From positions 5,442 to 69,441 of the forward strand of contig CAZJMX010000004.1 in NCBI GenBank assembly GCA_964547345.1: a DNA stretch of 64,000 nucleotides, given 5' to 3'. The DNA comes from an uncultured Smithella sp. (GTDB lineage: Bacteria; Desulfobacterota; Syntrophia; Syntrophales; Smithellaceae). Positions within the stretch are counted from its first letter, which is position 1; the number at the start of each line of letters is the position of its first letter. Both the position numbers and the translations under genes were made by a program. The notes below the pieces were generated by a model that searched no databases, was not told the origin of the DNA, and was given only the letters and a program-made list of their open reading frames with translations. Of the stretch, positions 10,202 through 19,303 are shown one piece after another.

Positions 10202-11941
10202 ATGACAGAAGAAGGACAACTGCCGGCAACTCAATGGAAACTCAAGGAGCCCGGCCATCAGGATATTGAAGAAACACTCGTCAAGGAATTCGGCATCAGC
10301 CGGATTATTTCTCAAATGATGCTCAACCGGCATATTGCAAGCCTGGAAGCAGCGCATCGCTATCTTTACCCGTCGCTAAACGACCTGCACAGCCCGTTTC
10401 TAATGCAGGATATGAAAAAGGGTGTCTGCCGTCTGATGAAGGCCATTTACGACGGCGAAGGCATTGTCATCTATGGCGATTATGACGCAGACGGGATCAC
10501 CTCGGTTGTTGTTCTTTATAAATTCATCAAAGAACTGACGCCTCACGTCTCTTACTATATCCCCGACCGCGTGCTGGAAGGGTACGGATTGAAAAATCCG
10601 GTGATTGATCAGTTTAAAAGTAAAAACGTCAAACTGATCATTACAGTGGATTGCGGCATTTCCGACGTCGAGCAGATTGCCTATGCAAAATCCATCGGCA
10701 TTGACACCATTGTTCTGGATCATCATGAAATTTCCGACGGGCTGCCTGACGCCGTGGCCTGCATCAATCCCAACCGCTCGGATTGCGAGTTTCCCTTCAA
10801 GCATCTGGCCGGTGTCGGCATCGCATTTAATTTTCTCATTGCGCTCAGGGGATCGTTGCGCAAAGAAGGCTTCTGGAAAGATACGGAATATCCCAACCTC
10901 AAAGAGTATCTCGACATTGTCGCCCTTGGAACCATCGGCGATATCGCGCCGCTTCTGGGTGAAAATCGGATTTTTGCCAAAATCGGTCTGGAACTGATTG
11001 CCGAAGGAAAACGACCCGGCATCAAAGCGCTCAAGGAAGTCAGCGGCATTGACGGACAGCTTATCGATTCTTTCCGTGCGTCATTTTGCCTGATTCCCCG
11101 CATTAACGCCGCCGGACGCATCGCCTCACCGCTCGATGCCGTCCATTTGCTGCTTGCAGAAACCATCGAGGAGGCCCGTCCCTGGGCTGAAAAACTGGAT
11201 ATTCATAACCGCCGCCGTCAGGCAATGGAAAAAGATATCTTGAATGATATTCTTGGACAGATCGTCTCGAATCCTGATCTGGAAAAGATGAACGCGCTGG
11301 TTTTTGCCTCCGAAAAATGGCATCCGGGCGTCGTGGGCATTGTAGCATCACGTCTGGTGGATCAGTTCAGCCGTCCGACGTTTGTCATTAGCCTGAAAGA
11401 CGGTGTGGGCAAGGGGTCGGGACGCAGCGTGTCCGATTTTAACATCCACAAGGGATTACAGCAATGCGCGTCTCTTCTTCTGTCGTTCGGCGGCCACTAC
11501 CGCGCGGCGGGCATTTCCATTAAAGAAGATGATATTGACGAATTTACCTGTATGCTCGATGAGATTATCCGGGATTCGGGTAAAGCATCGGCATCGGCGG
11601 CTAAGACCCTTATTGACGCGGAATGTTCGCTGCAAGACATCAATCTCGATCTGATCCGGCAAATATCGATGCTCGCGCCTTTCGGCTGCGAAAATCCAGA
11701 ACCGGTTCTTTGCACCCGAAACCTCAAAGCCTCATCCCCTTGCGTTGTGGGAAACAGTCACCTGAGAATGAGGCTTTCATCCAACGGCGCTTCGTGCAAT
11801 GCCATCTGGTTTGGCATGGGAAAACATTTGAGTGCGATCAACGGCGCAAATCTGGATGTGGCCTTTACACCGCAGATCAACTACTGGAATGGAAATTCCG
11901 ATATTCAACTGAAATTAAAAGACGCAGCCATTCTCCCCTGA
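10202..11941 (+). CDS. recJ: single-stranded-DNA-specific exonuclease RecJ
   Basis: 579 aa. DHH-family motifs IYGDYDADGITS, VDCGIS, LDHHE, GGHYRAAG. Confidence 0.93.
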   Translation: MTEEGQLPATQWKLKEPGHQDIEETLVKEFGISRIISQMMLNRHIASLEAAHRYLYPSLNDLHSPFLMQDMKKGVCRLMKAIYDGEGIVIYGDYDADGITSVVVLYKFIKELTPHVSYYIPDRVLEGYGLKNPVIDQFKSKNVKLIITVDCGISDVEQIAYAKSIGIDTIVLDHHEISDGLPDAVACINPNRSDCEFPFKHLAGVGIAFNFLIALRGSLRKEGFWKDTEYPNLKEYLDIVALGTIGDIAPLLGENRIFAKIGLELIAEGKRPGIKALKEVSGIDGQLIDSFRASFCLIPRINAAGRIASPLDAVHLLLAETIEEARPWAEKLDIHNRRRQAMEKDILNDILGQIVSNPDLEKMNALVFASEKWHPGVVGIVASRLVDQFSRPTFVISLKDGVGKGSGRSVSDFNIHKGLQQCASLLLSFGGHYRAAGISIKEDDIDEFTCMLDEIIRDSGKASASAAKTLIDAECSLQDINLDLIRQISMLAPFGCENPEPVLCTRNLKASSPCVVGNSHLRMRLSSNGASCNAIWFGMGKHLSAINGANLDVAFTPQINYWNGNSDIQLKLKDAAILP

Positions 11942-11951
11942 AGGAGCCACA

Positions 11952-12338
11952 ATGGACAAAACGACCAAAGCTGCCTTATTTTCCGCCATTCTCTTCCCCG
12001 GTTGGGGGCAGATCTATCTTAAGCGCTACAAAAGAGGATTGGTCTTTATCCTGCCCATCCTGGCCGCAATGATGATGCTGGCCTGGACAATCATTGCAGC
12101 AGGCGCAGCCATTATCAAAACCGCGCCATTTAAAAAAGGAGCCGTTCAGGTAAGCGACGTCCTTTCGGTGACAGTCCGGGCTTTTCAATCCATTGATTTG
12201 ATGTTTTTCTTGCTGATGATTGCCTTATTACTGTTCTTATGGCTCTTATCCATTGTCGACGCGTATCAGCTGGGTAAAAAACTCTCTTTGGCGCCTACCA
12301 CTGCCGCTGATCAAGAATCAACTTCTGATCAGCAGTAA
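11952..12338 (+). CDS. small integral membrane protein
   Basis: 128 aa with three hydrophobic segments and a FPGWGQIYLKRYKRG motif. The last 44 nt overlap the convergent ligase gene. Confidence 0.4.
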   Translation: MDKTTKAALFSAILFPGWGQIYLKRYKRGLVFILPILAAMMMLAWTIIAAGAAIIKTAPFKKGAVQVSDVLSVTVRAFQSIDLMFFLLMIALLLFLWLLSIVDAYQLGKKLSLAPTTAADQESTSDQQ

Positions 12339-13548
12339 TCGTACCGGCTTCCACATAATCGACCCCATCAACTTTTACCGTGCATATTTCCTTAAATATT
12401 TTTTTGAACTTGTCTTCCCAGGCGGCGGAACCTACATCCGGATTGGCCTTTTCCAGGCGCATCGTTAAAACATCCTCATGACCTGTTCGTGTGACAACCG
12501 CTTGCATCGGTAGATTTTCAAATTTTCCGGCAAGAAGTTTAAGTTGGCTGGGGGCGATGAAGAGCCCGCGGACTTTCGCGGCGTCGCCTACCCTGCCTGC
12601 AATTCCTGCCAGACGATAGGATGTTCTGCCGCAGGAGCATTTTTCGGTAAGAAGCCGCGACAAATCGCCCGTTCCGAAGCGCAGGAGAAAGAAGATGTTG
12701 TTGAGCCTTGTGACCACGACTTCGCCCAATTCACCGGGTGCGACATTCTTTCCCGTTGCCCGATCGACAATCTCCACAATTGTTTCTTCACAGATATGCC
12801 AGCCGGATTTTTGTGAACATTCATAGGCCACATCACCCACCTCCGTTGCGCCGTACATTTGGTAGGTGTCGATGCCGTATTCTTTTTCAAACGTTTGCCG
12901 CAGCGCGGGCAGTAGCGGCTCGGCGGCAAAGCAGGCTTTCTTCACCCGGAAATCTTTTTTGAAATGATAGCCCATTTCCTTGGCCGTGTTGATGATGGAC
13001 ATCAGAAAGCTCGGCGTGCCGACATAGGCGGTTACTTTCAAATCCCGAATCAATTGCACCTGAATCTGTGAAGATGAGGTGCCGGAAGGCACAACGGTTG
13101 CACCAACTTTGCGAAGACCATTGTGAAAGGTGAGGCCTGCCGCAACCAGATGGTAGGAAAAGGCGTTGAGCGCTATATCTTGAGGACCGATACCGGCTGC
13201 GAAAAACGCGCGCGCCCAGAGATAATCAGTCTCCGATAAGTGTGGTTCGTAAACGGGTCCCGGAGACGTAAAAATGCGGTCGATGGCGACGGCGGGATTC
13301 TCCAGCCCGGCATAAGGCAGCTTCTTCATTTCCATGTCTACGAGTTTTTCACGCGATATGACGGGCAATATTTCCAGGTCTTCGCGGATTTTTATCTTCG
13401 CAGGATTGACCTTGTGGGCATCAAAAATCTTTTTCAGTCGGGTTGATTTCTTATATCCGAGTCTCACCATTGCTGAAAGCGCCTGATCCTGCAAAGCTTT
13501 GCGATCTTTCAAGGAAGATTTTTCTCTGCCGTCAAAATACTTTTTCAT
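12295..13548 (-). CDS. phenylacetate-CoA ligase (PaaK)-like adenylate-forming enzyme family protein, P-loop degenerate
   Basis: 417 aa. Aligns by eye with E. coli PaaK across GATVVPSG...QLIRDL...TPSF, YGATEVG, GELGEVVVT and CSCGRT. The SSGTTGKPT loop reads TSPGPVYEP. Confidence 0.75.
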   Translation of the reverse strand: MKKYFDGREKSSLKDRKALQDQALSAMVRLGYKKSTRLKKIFDAHKVNPAKIKIREDLEILPVISREKLVDMEMKKLPYAGLENPAVAIDRIFTSPGPVYEPHLSETDYLWARAFFAAGIGPQDIALNAFSYHLVAAGLTFHNGLRKVGATVVPSGTSSSQIQVQLIRDLKVTAYVGTPSFLMSIINTAKEMGYHFKKDFRVKKACFAAEPLLPALRQTFEKEYGIDTYQMYGATEVGDVAYECSQKSGWHICEETIVEIVDRATGKNVAPGELGEVVVTRLNNIFFLLRFGTGDLSRLLTEKCSCGRTSYRLAGIAGRVGDAAKVRGLFIAPSQLKLLAGKFENLPMQAVVTRTGHEDVLTMRLEKANPDVGSAAWEDKFKKIFKEICTVKVDGVDYVEAGTITADQKLILDQRQW

Positions 13549-13564
13549 CGTGTCCCCTCCCCCT

Positions 13565-14365
13565 TTACAGCCAGCGTTTGCGGCGGCGATAGGACTTGAC
13601 GTCTTTATAAGATTTCGCCAGACCGGATGCCGCCATTCCCAGATAAAATTCCTTCACGTCCGGATTATCGGAAAGCTCTTTGGAGGTGCCTTCCATAACG
13701 ATCTTGCCGTTTTCCATCACATAGCCGTAATGCGCGACTTGCAACGCCATCGGGGCGTTTTGTTCCACCAGGACGATGGTGGTCGCGTGTTCTTCATTGA
13801 TCTTTTTGATAATGCGGAATATTTCCTGAACCACCAGGGGCGCGAGTCCCAGCGAGGGTTCATCCAGCATCAAGAGTTGCGGATGCGCCATGAGCGCGCG
13901 TCCGATGACAAGCATTTGTAATTCGCCGCCGCTGCAATATCCCGCAAGCGCCTTGCGCCTCTTCACTAAGGCCGGAAAATACTGATAGACCATTTCCAGA
14001 TCCTGCTTGTAGGGTTTGCCCGGTCTCGTTGCCGTACCGACGCGCAGATTTTCTTCAATGGTCAGATATTTAAAAGGCTGACGGCCTTCCAGAACTTGAA
14101 TAACACCCTGACGGGTGATGAATTCCGGAGCCTGATTCTGAATGTTCACGCCGTTGAAAATAATGCTGCCGTCCGTTACCTCGCCGTTTTCCGGTTTGAG
14201 CAGGCCGGAGATGGCCTTGAGCGTCGTGGTCTTACCCGCGCCGTTGCTGCCCAGAAGCGATACGATATGGCCGCGTTCAACCGTAAGCGAAACGCCCTTG
14301 AGCACCTGAATGACGTCGGAGTAAACGACGGATATATTATTGAGCTGTAAGAGAATGTCTGCCAT
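13565..14365 (-). CDS. livF: branched-chain-amino-acid-type ABC transporter ATP-binding protein (LivF-like)
   Basis: 266 aa. Walker A GSNGAGKTT, signature SGGELQML, Walker B LLMLDEPS. Confidence 0.9.
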   Translation of the reverse strand: MADILLQLNNISVVYSDVIQVLKGVSLTVERGHIVSLLGSNGAGKTTTLKAISGLLKPENGEVTDGSIIFNGVNIQNQAPEFITRQGVIQVLEGRQPFKYLTIEENLRVGTATRPGKPYKQDLEMVYQYFPALVKRRKALAGYCSGGELQMLVIGRALMAHPQLLMLDEPSLGLAPLVVQEIFRIIKKINEEHATTIVLVEQNAPMALQVAHYGYVMENGKIVMEGTSKELSDNPDVKEFYLGMAASGLAKSYKDVKSYRRRKRWL

Positions 14366-14373
14366 ACGCTATC

Positions 14374-14429
14374 CTAACCCCGTTAAACGGGATAATTTCT
14401 AACTCACTAACCCCGCTATGCGGGATAAG
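14374..14429 (-). repeat. two tandem copies of a ~22-nt hairpin motif in the livM-livF spacer
   Basis: On the plus strand: CTAACCCCGTTAAACGGGATAA (14374-14395) and CTAACCCCGCTATGCGGGATAA (14407-14428). Each has a 5-bp stem, and the stem difference is compensatory (CCCGT/ACGGG versus CCCGC/GCGGG). Confidence 0.5.
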
Positions 14430-14435
14430 AAAAAT

Positions 14436-14470
14436 TTAGTATTTGCTTTCTAGTAAAAAGCAAATACTAA
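14436..14470 (-). terminator. AU-rich perfect hairpin with U-tract, intra-operon terminator/attenuator-like element
   Basis: TTAGTATTTGCTTT-CTAGTAA-AAAGCAAATACTAA (14-bp perfect stem). On the minus strand it is followed by ATTTTTCTT. It lies 5 nt after the livM stop. Confidence 0.4.
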
Positions 14471-14474
14471 TTTT

Positions 14475-15572
14475 CTAATAAGAAAACGGCCAGAGCCGGA
14501 AATTCGACCGGAGAATCCGCCACAATTCCGCAAGCCCCTTCGGTTCCAGCAAAATAAATAAAACAATCGCCAGGCCGAAAACAAACTCGCGCAGAGGCGC
14601 CATGTTCAACCCCATGCTGGTGACGAATCCGACATTCATTAAAACCCCGGTCGCAAAACGCAGCACTTCGTTTAGCACCGTGATAAATGTCGCACCGAAA
14701 ATCGCGCCGGGAATATTGCCCATGCCGCCGATGATGACCATCGCGATAAATTCAACCGACAGCCCGAGATTGAAAGGTTCTGTCGTGATGCTGACCATGT
14801 AATAAGCCCAGATCGCGCCGGCAAAACCGGCATAAAAAGAGCTGATGGCAAAAGACAGCAGCTTGTATTTGAAAATGGGAATACCCATGCCTTCGGCGGC
14901 ACGATCGTTGTCCCGGATGGCGATAAACGCACGACCGTACTTGCTGCGCATGATGTTGACGGCAAACCAGGTCATCAATACCAGACAGATGAAAATCAGA
15001 AAGAAAAATGCCTTATCCCCCGCGATTTTCCATCCCAGAATGCTGGGCGCCGGCAAGGTAATGCCCATGGTTCCCAGGGTCAGGCTCTCCCACTGGATGA
15101 GTACATATTCGATAATGAACTGTCCCGCCAGTGTCGCGATGGTCAGATACAGCCCTTTGAGACGGCCGGAGGGGATGCCGAAAATCATGCCGATCATGGC
15201 GGTGATCAGACCTGCGGCGGGAATGGACAAATAAAACGGGATGCCAAGCCTTGTTGCCAGAATGGCCCCTGCGTATGCGCCGACACCGAAAAACGCACCA
15301 TGCCCCAATGATATTTGTCCCGTGTAACCGACCAGGATGTTGAGTCCGATGGCGGCAATCGCCATAATCCCGATGTTGTTTAAAATGTAGAGCAGGTAAG
15401 AGCTCAGGAAAAAAGGCGCGAGCCCGAAGAGCAAAATCAGAAAAACGATGAGGCAGGTCCTGCCATACCATGTTTCAAAAATGGCCAGTTCCTGGGCGTA
15501 TGTTTCGCGGAAATTTCCGCAGGGATGAAAAGATAATTTTTTCATGAAACGCTTTCCTCTAAACTCTTTCAA
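14475..15572 (-). CDS. livM: branched-chain-amino-acid-type ABC transporter permease (LivM-like)
   Basis: 365-aa multi-TM ORF of LivM type. An alternative start, ATG 15545 (MKKLSF), is preceded by GAGGAA and would remove the overlap with livH. Confidence 0.88.
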   Translation of the reverse strand: MKEFRGKRFMKKLSFHPCGNFRETYAQELAIFETWYGRTCLIVFLILLFGLAPFFLSSYLLYILNNIGIMAIAAIGLNILVGYTGQISLGHGAFFGVGAYAGAILATRLGIPFYLSIPAAGLITAMIGMIFGIPSGRLKGLYLTIATLAGQFIIEYVLIQWESLTLGTMGITLPAPSILGWKIAGDKAFFFLIFICLVLMTWFAVNIMRSKYGRAFIAIRDNDRAAEGMGIPIFKYKLLSFAISSFYAGFAGAIWAYYMVSITTEPFNLGLSVEFIAMVIIGGMGNIPGAIFGATFITVLNEVLRFATGVLMNVGFVTSMGLNMAPLREFVFGLAIVLFILLEPKGLAELWRILRSNFRLWPFSY

Positions 15573-16437
15573 TCTCCACCAGGCCGAATAAGCCGTAAGG
15601 CTTGACCATCAGAATAAAGACCAGCACAATATAGGGGACGACATCGCGCAGCGACGGCGACAGATATCCGCCGGTAAAGGTTTCCAAAAGGCCGATGATA
15701 ATGCCGCCGATAATCGCGCCGCCGATGCTGTCCAGACCGCCTAAAATAACAACGGGAAACACCTTCAGTCCGATCGCGCTCAAATCATGCACGTTTACGC
15801 CGTTGATGATGCCCAGCACAATGCCGCTCATACAGGCCACCATGGCTGCAATCGCCCAGGAGAGCGCAAAAACGCGGCGCACATGAACGCCCAGAGATAA
15901 GGCCGCCTTTTGATTATCCGCCACTGAGCGCATGAAGATGCCCTGTGACGACTTTTTGAAAAATAAACCGAAAAGCACCAGAAAAATGACGCTGATGATC
16001 AACGTCGCCGAATAGACCGGCGCGATGTAAATCGATCCCAATTTGAGCTCCAGAGATTGCGGTAAAAATTCCGGATAGGTATGCAGATTGCCGCCCCAAA
16101 TGAGCAAAATAAGCCCTTTGAACATGGCGGCCAGGCCCACGGTCAGCATGATGACGAATATTAGTTTTTCGCCGATGAGCGGACGGAGGAAAAACTTTTC
16201 TATTAACACCCCCAGAAGAAAGCATCCTGCCAATGTCAATAGAAATGCGGCCGCCACGGGTATTTTGCCCCAGGTCACTAAAGACAGAAAGAAAAAGGCG
16301 CCCATAGCCAGAAGCTCTCCGTGAGCGAAGTTGAGAACGCTCGACGCCTTAAAGATCATGACAAAGCCCATGGCGGAGATGCCGTAGAGCAGCCCGACGC
16401 AAACGCCATTAACCAATAATTGCAGAAAAAAATCCAT
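15559..16437 (-). CDS. livH: branched-chain-amino-acid-type ABC transporter permease (LivH-like)
   Basis: 292-aa multi-TM ORF. MDFFLQLLVNGVCVGLLYGISAMGFVMIF is typical of the LivH N-terminus. Confidence 0.9.
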   Translation of the reverse strand: MDFFLQLLVNGVCVGLLYGISAMGFVMIFKASSVLNFAHGELLAMGAFFFLSLVTWGKIPVAAAFLLTLAGCFLLGVLIEKFFLRPLIGEKLIFVIMLTVGLAAMFKGLILLIWGGNLHTYPEFLPQSLELKLGSIYIAPVYSATLIISVIFLVLFGLFFKKSSQGIFMRSVADNQKAALSLGVHVRRVFALSWAIAAMVACMSGIVLGIINGVNVHDLSAIGLKVFPVVILGGLDSIGGAIIGGIIIGLLETFTGGYLSPSLRDVVPYIVLVFILMVKPYGLFGLVEIERV

Positions 16438-16448
16438 AGTGTAATTCC

Positions 16449-18377
16449 TTAATCCACGCTGATGACATTGATGCGGGTTTCAATTTCTCCGATACGACCG
16501 TCGCGGTAACGAACTTTTCCCGTGACCTGAACATTTTTTTGTCCACTGTACATGGCTTCGATGATTTTAAGGTAGAGCCCGTAAACAAAACGTCTGCGCA
16601 CTTTGCCCGTTCGTGTGAGTTCTTCATCATCCGCGTCGAGCAGTTTATAAAGCAATACAAATTTTTTTATTTTCATGACGTCGGGAAGCTGCTCGTTCAC
16701 CTGGCGAACTTCCGTGAGAATCATTTCTTCCACGGCCTGCTGCTGGGACAAATCCATGTAGGTCGTATAAGGAATCATTCGCTCTTCCGCCCAGTTGCCG
16801 ACATTGCCCAGATCGATGTTGATCATGGCGGTAATAAACGGCCTGGCTTCGCCGAAGGTCACCGCTTCTTTAATGTAGGGGCTGAACTTCAGGCGGGTTT
16901 CGATAAAATCAGGTGAAAAAGCCTCGCCGCTTTTATTTCGGATGATGTCTTCTTTCCGGCCGATAATCAGCAAGTGACCGCGTTCATCAATGTAACCCGC
17001 ATCACCGGTTTTTAACCAACCGTTTTCAAATGCGCCTTCCGTCGATTTGTAGTCGTTGTAGTAACCGGAAAAGTTCGCTTCCGATTTCACAAGGACTTCC
17101 TGATCGCTTGCGATCTTGACTTCCGTTTGCGGCAGGGGAAGGCCTACCGTTTCCAGTTTGACTTCATGGTCCGGTTGAATTTGAAAAATACCACCGGATT
17201 CCGTAAGCCCGTAACACTGTTTTAAATTGAGGCCGATGGCCCGGAAAAATCCGATCACGTCGGGGCTGATCGGATGCCCGCCGGTAAAAGCGCTGGAAAA
17301 ATGCGCACAACCCAGACGATCCAGAAGAGGCCTGTAAACGACAAAGGACATAAACCGGTAGATCACTCGCGTTGGCAGAGAAATGCTTTGCTTATGCAGT
17401 TGTTTTTGCACGATGGATCGTCCGAGACTTTCACCCCAGTAGAAAAGTTTCTTTTTGATCCAGCCTGCGTCGGAAATTTTTACGCGAATACGCGAGGCCA
17501 TATCTTCCCAGAAGCGTGACGCGGTAATCAGTATGGAAGGCCCGATTTCGCGGAAATCTTCAGTCACTGTCTCTGCCGTTTCCGGAAAGTTCATGGTCAT
17601 GGCCGTACCCAGAGAGACACCCATGCCCCACATCTGATCGACAATCCAGGCCGGCGGCGACATGGAGATCCAGTTTTCTTCCACCTGAATATTTTCGGCC
17701 ACAAGCCACTGTTCCGCCATCGATGTTAAATTGCGATGCGACAACATGGCGATTTTAGGAACGCCTGTGGTTCCGGAGGTTTGAATCATCACGGCAATGT
17801 CATGGGACCGGCCTTTAGCAATTTGCGCATCTACATACCCCGGATGATCGACAAGATATTTTTCACCCATCTCCAGGAGTTTCGCGTAACTCACAAGCCA
17901 GGGATCGTCCTCGTAGGACGTCATCCCGGTGGGATCAATATATACAACCTTTTGCACAGCAGAGAGCTTGTCTTTGACTTCGAGAAGCTTGTCCACCTGT
18001 TCCTGATCCTGCACCACGACAATGGGAGAATGAATACGTCCGATGGAGAAAGCCAGTTCGTCGGCCACGGACGATGTAAATAAATTCAAAGTGGTTGCGC
18101 CCAGCGCGTGACAGGCAAGTTCCGAAAACAGCCACTCCGGAGCGTTATTGACAACCATGCAAAGATTTTCGCCGCGCTGTAAATTCAGTGCGGCAAAACC
18201 CGCCGCCGTCTTTTTCACGAAACCCAGATAGTCATTCCAGGTATATTTCTGCCAGATGCCGTATGCTTTTTCGCGAATCGCCGTTTTTTGGTCGCCAAAC
18301 GTCTCCGCGTTTTGCGCCAGAATCTGGGGCAAAGTCAAATTGCGGTAATCGCGGCTATGTTTTTTTTCGTCAGCCAA
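16449..18377 (-). CDS. AMP-dependent acyl-CoA synthetase/ligase (long-chain-fatty-acid-CoA-ligase-like) embedded in the ABC operon
   Basis: 642 aa. Intact AMP-binding signature IQTSGTTGVPKIAMLSH, YGLTESGG, TGDAGYIDERGHLLIIGRKED. Confidence 0.85.
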   Translation of the reverse strand: MADEKKHSRDYRNLTLPQILAQNAETFGDQKTAIREKAYGIWQKYTWNDYLGFVKKTAAGFAALNLQRGENLCMVVNNAPEWLFSELACHALGATTLNLFTSSVADELAFSIGRIHSPIVVVQDQEQVDKLLEVKDKLSAVQKVVYIDPTGMTSYEDDPWLVSYAKLLEMGEKYLVDHPGYVDAQIAKGRSHDIAVMIQTSGTTGVPKIAMLSHRNLTSMAEQWLVAENIQVEENWISMSPPAWIVDQMWGMGVSLGTAMTMNFPETAETVTEDFREIGPSILITASRFWEDMASRIRVKISDAGWIKKKLFYWGESLGRSIVQKQLHKQSISLPTRVIYRFMSFVVYRPLLDRLGCAHFSSAFTGGHPISPDVIGFFRAIGLNLKQCYGLTESGGIFQIQPDHEVKLETVGLPLPQTEVKIASDQEVLVKSEANFSGYYNDYKSTEGAFENGWLKTGDAGYIDERGHLLIIGRKEDIIRNKSGEAFSPDFIETRLKFSPYIKEAVTFGEARPFITAMINIDLGNVGNWAEERMIPYTTYMDLSQQQAVEEMILTEVRQVNEQLPDVMKIKKFVLLYKLLDADDEELTRTGKVRRRFVYGLYLKIIEAMYSGQKNVQVTGKVRYRDGRIGEIETRINVISVD

Positions 18378-18392
18378 AATATCTAAGCCTTC

Positions 18393-19223
18393 TTAGTCCA
18401 GCTTCTGCGCTTCGCCCAGATAAGCTTTTACGACTTCCGGATTTGCGCTGATTTCTTCGGGAGTTCCTTCTCCGAGCTTTTCACCGAAGTTGAGCACCAT
18501 GATCCTCCGGGAAATGCTCATAACAATAGACATGTCGTGTTCGACCAGAATCATCGTGAGCCCCCATCTGCCGTTTAATTCCAGCAGAAATCTCACCATA
18601 TCTTCTTTTTCTTCCAGATTCATACCGGCAAAGGGCTCGTCCAGAATCAGAAGCTTCGGTTCGAGCGCCAGCGCCCGCCCCAGCTCCACGCGTTTCATCA
18701 TGCCGTAGGGCAGTGAGCCGACAGTTTTCTTGCGGATGGATTGCATCTCCAGAAAGTCGATAATTTCTTCGAGGATCTGCCGATGACGGATTTCTTCCTG
18801 CCGGACTTTCGGTGAAAAAAGACAGGAACGCCAGAAGCTGTAATGGCAGTGGATATGGCGCGCAAGCGTCATGTTGGCCAGAACCGTCATACCGGGAAAC
18901 AACTCAATGTTCTGGAAGGTTCGACCGATGCCGACACCGACTAACTGATGGGTATGGAAATTCGTAATGTCGCGGCCATTAAAAAGAATCTGCCCCTGCT
19001 GGGCATGATAGAATCCTGTGATGCAATTGAGTAAACTGGTTTTACCTGCGCCGTTGGGGCCGATGACGGCCGTTAATTCACCGGTACGAACAGTCAGATC
19101 GACATCCTTGACCGCAACGACACCGCCGAAACTTAAGCGTAAGTTCCGGATTTCCAATTCGGCTTTTTTGTCTTCTTCCGGCCGGTTGATCATTATGGAA
19201 GGCCGGCTGCGAAATGCTTTCAT
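18393..19223 (-). CDS. livG: branched-chain-amino-acid-type ABC transporter ATP-binding protein (LivG-like)
   Basis: 276 aa. Walker A GPNGAGKTS, LSGGxx-equivalent region LPYGMMKRVELGRAL, Walker B LLILDEPFAG. Confidence 0.9.
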   Translation of the reverse strand: MKAFRSRPSIMINRPEEDKKAELEIRNLRLSFGGVVAVKDVDLTVRTGELTAVIGPNGAGKTSLLNCITGFYHAQQGQILFNGRDITNFHTHQLVGVGIGRTFQNIELFPGMTVLANMTLARHIHCHYSFWRSCLFSPKVRQEEIRHRQILEEIIDFLEMQSIRKKTVGSLPYGMMKRVELGRALALEPKLLILDEPFAGMNLEEKEDMVRFLLELNGRWGLTMILVEHDMSIVMSISRRIMVLNFGEKLGEGTPEEISANPEVVKAYLGEAQKLD

Positions 19224-19239
19224 GACTACCTCTGCGCAG

Positions 19240-19294
19240 ACAAAAACACTGCGCTCAATTGCGCAGGGGATGCCGGATCATCCGGCATCCCCTG
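19240..19294 (-). promoter_or_regulatory. intercistronic hairpins after the binding-protein gene (mRNA stabiliser / partial terminator candidate)
   Basis: Near-perfect GC-rich palindrome CAGGGGATGCCGGAT-C-ATCCGGCATCCCCTG (19264-19294). On the minus strand it is followed by CTGCGC-AATTGA-GCGCAG and TGTTTTTGT (19240-19266). Confidence 0.45.
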
Positions 19295-19303
19295 TCATTT
19301 TCA

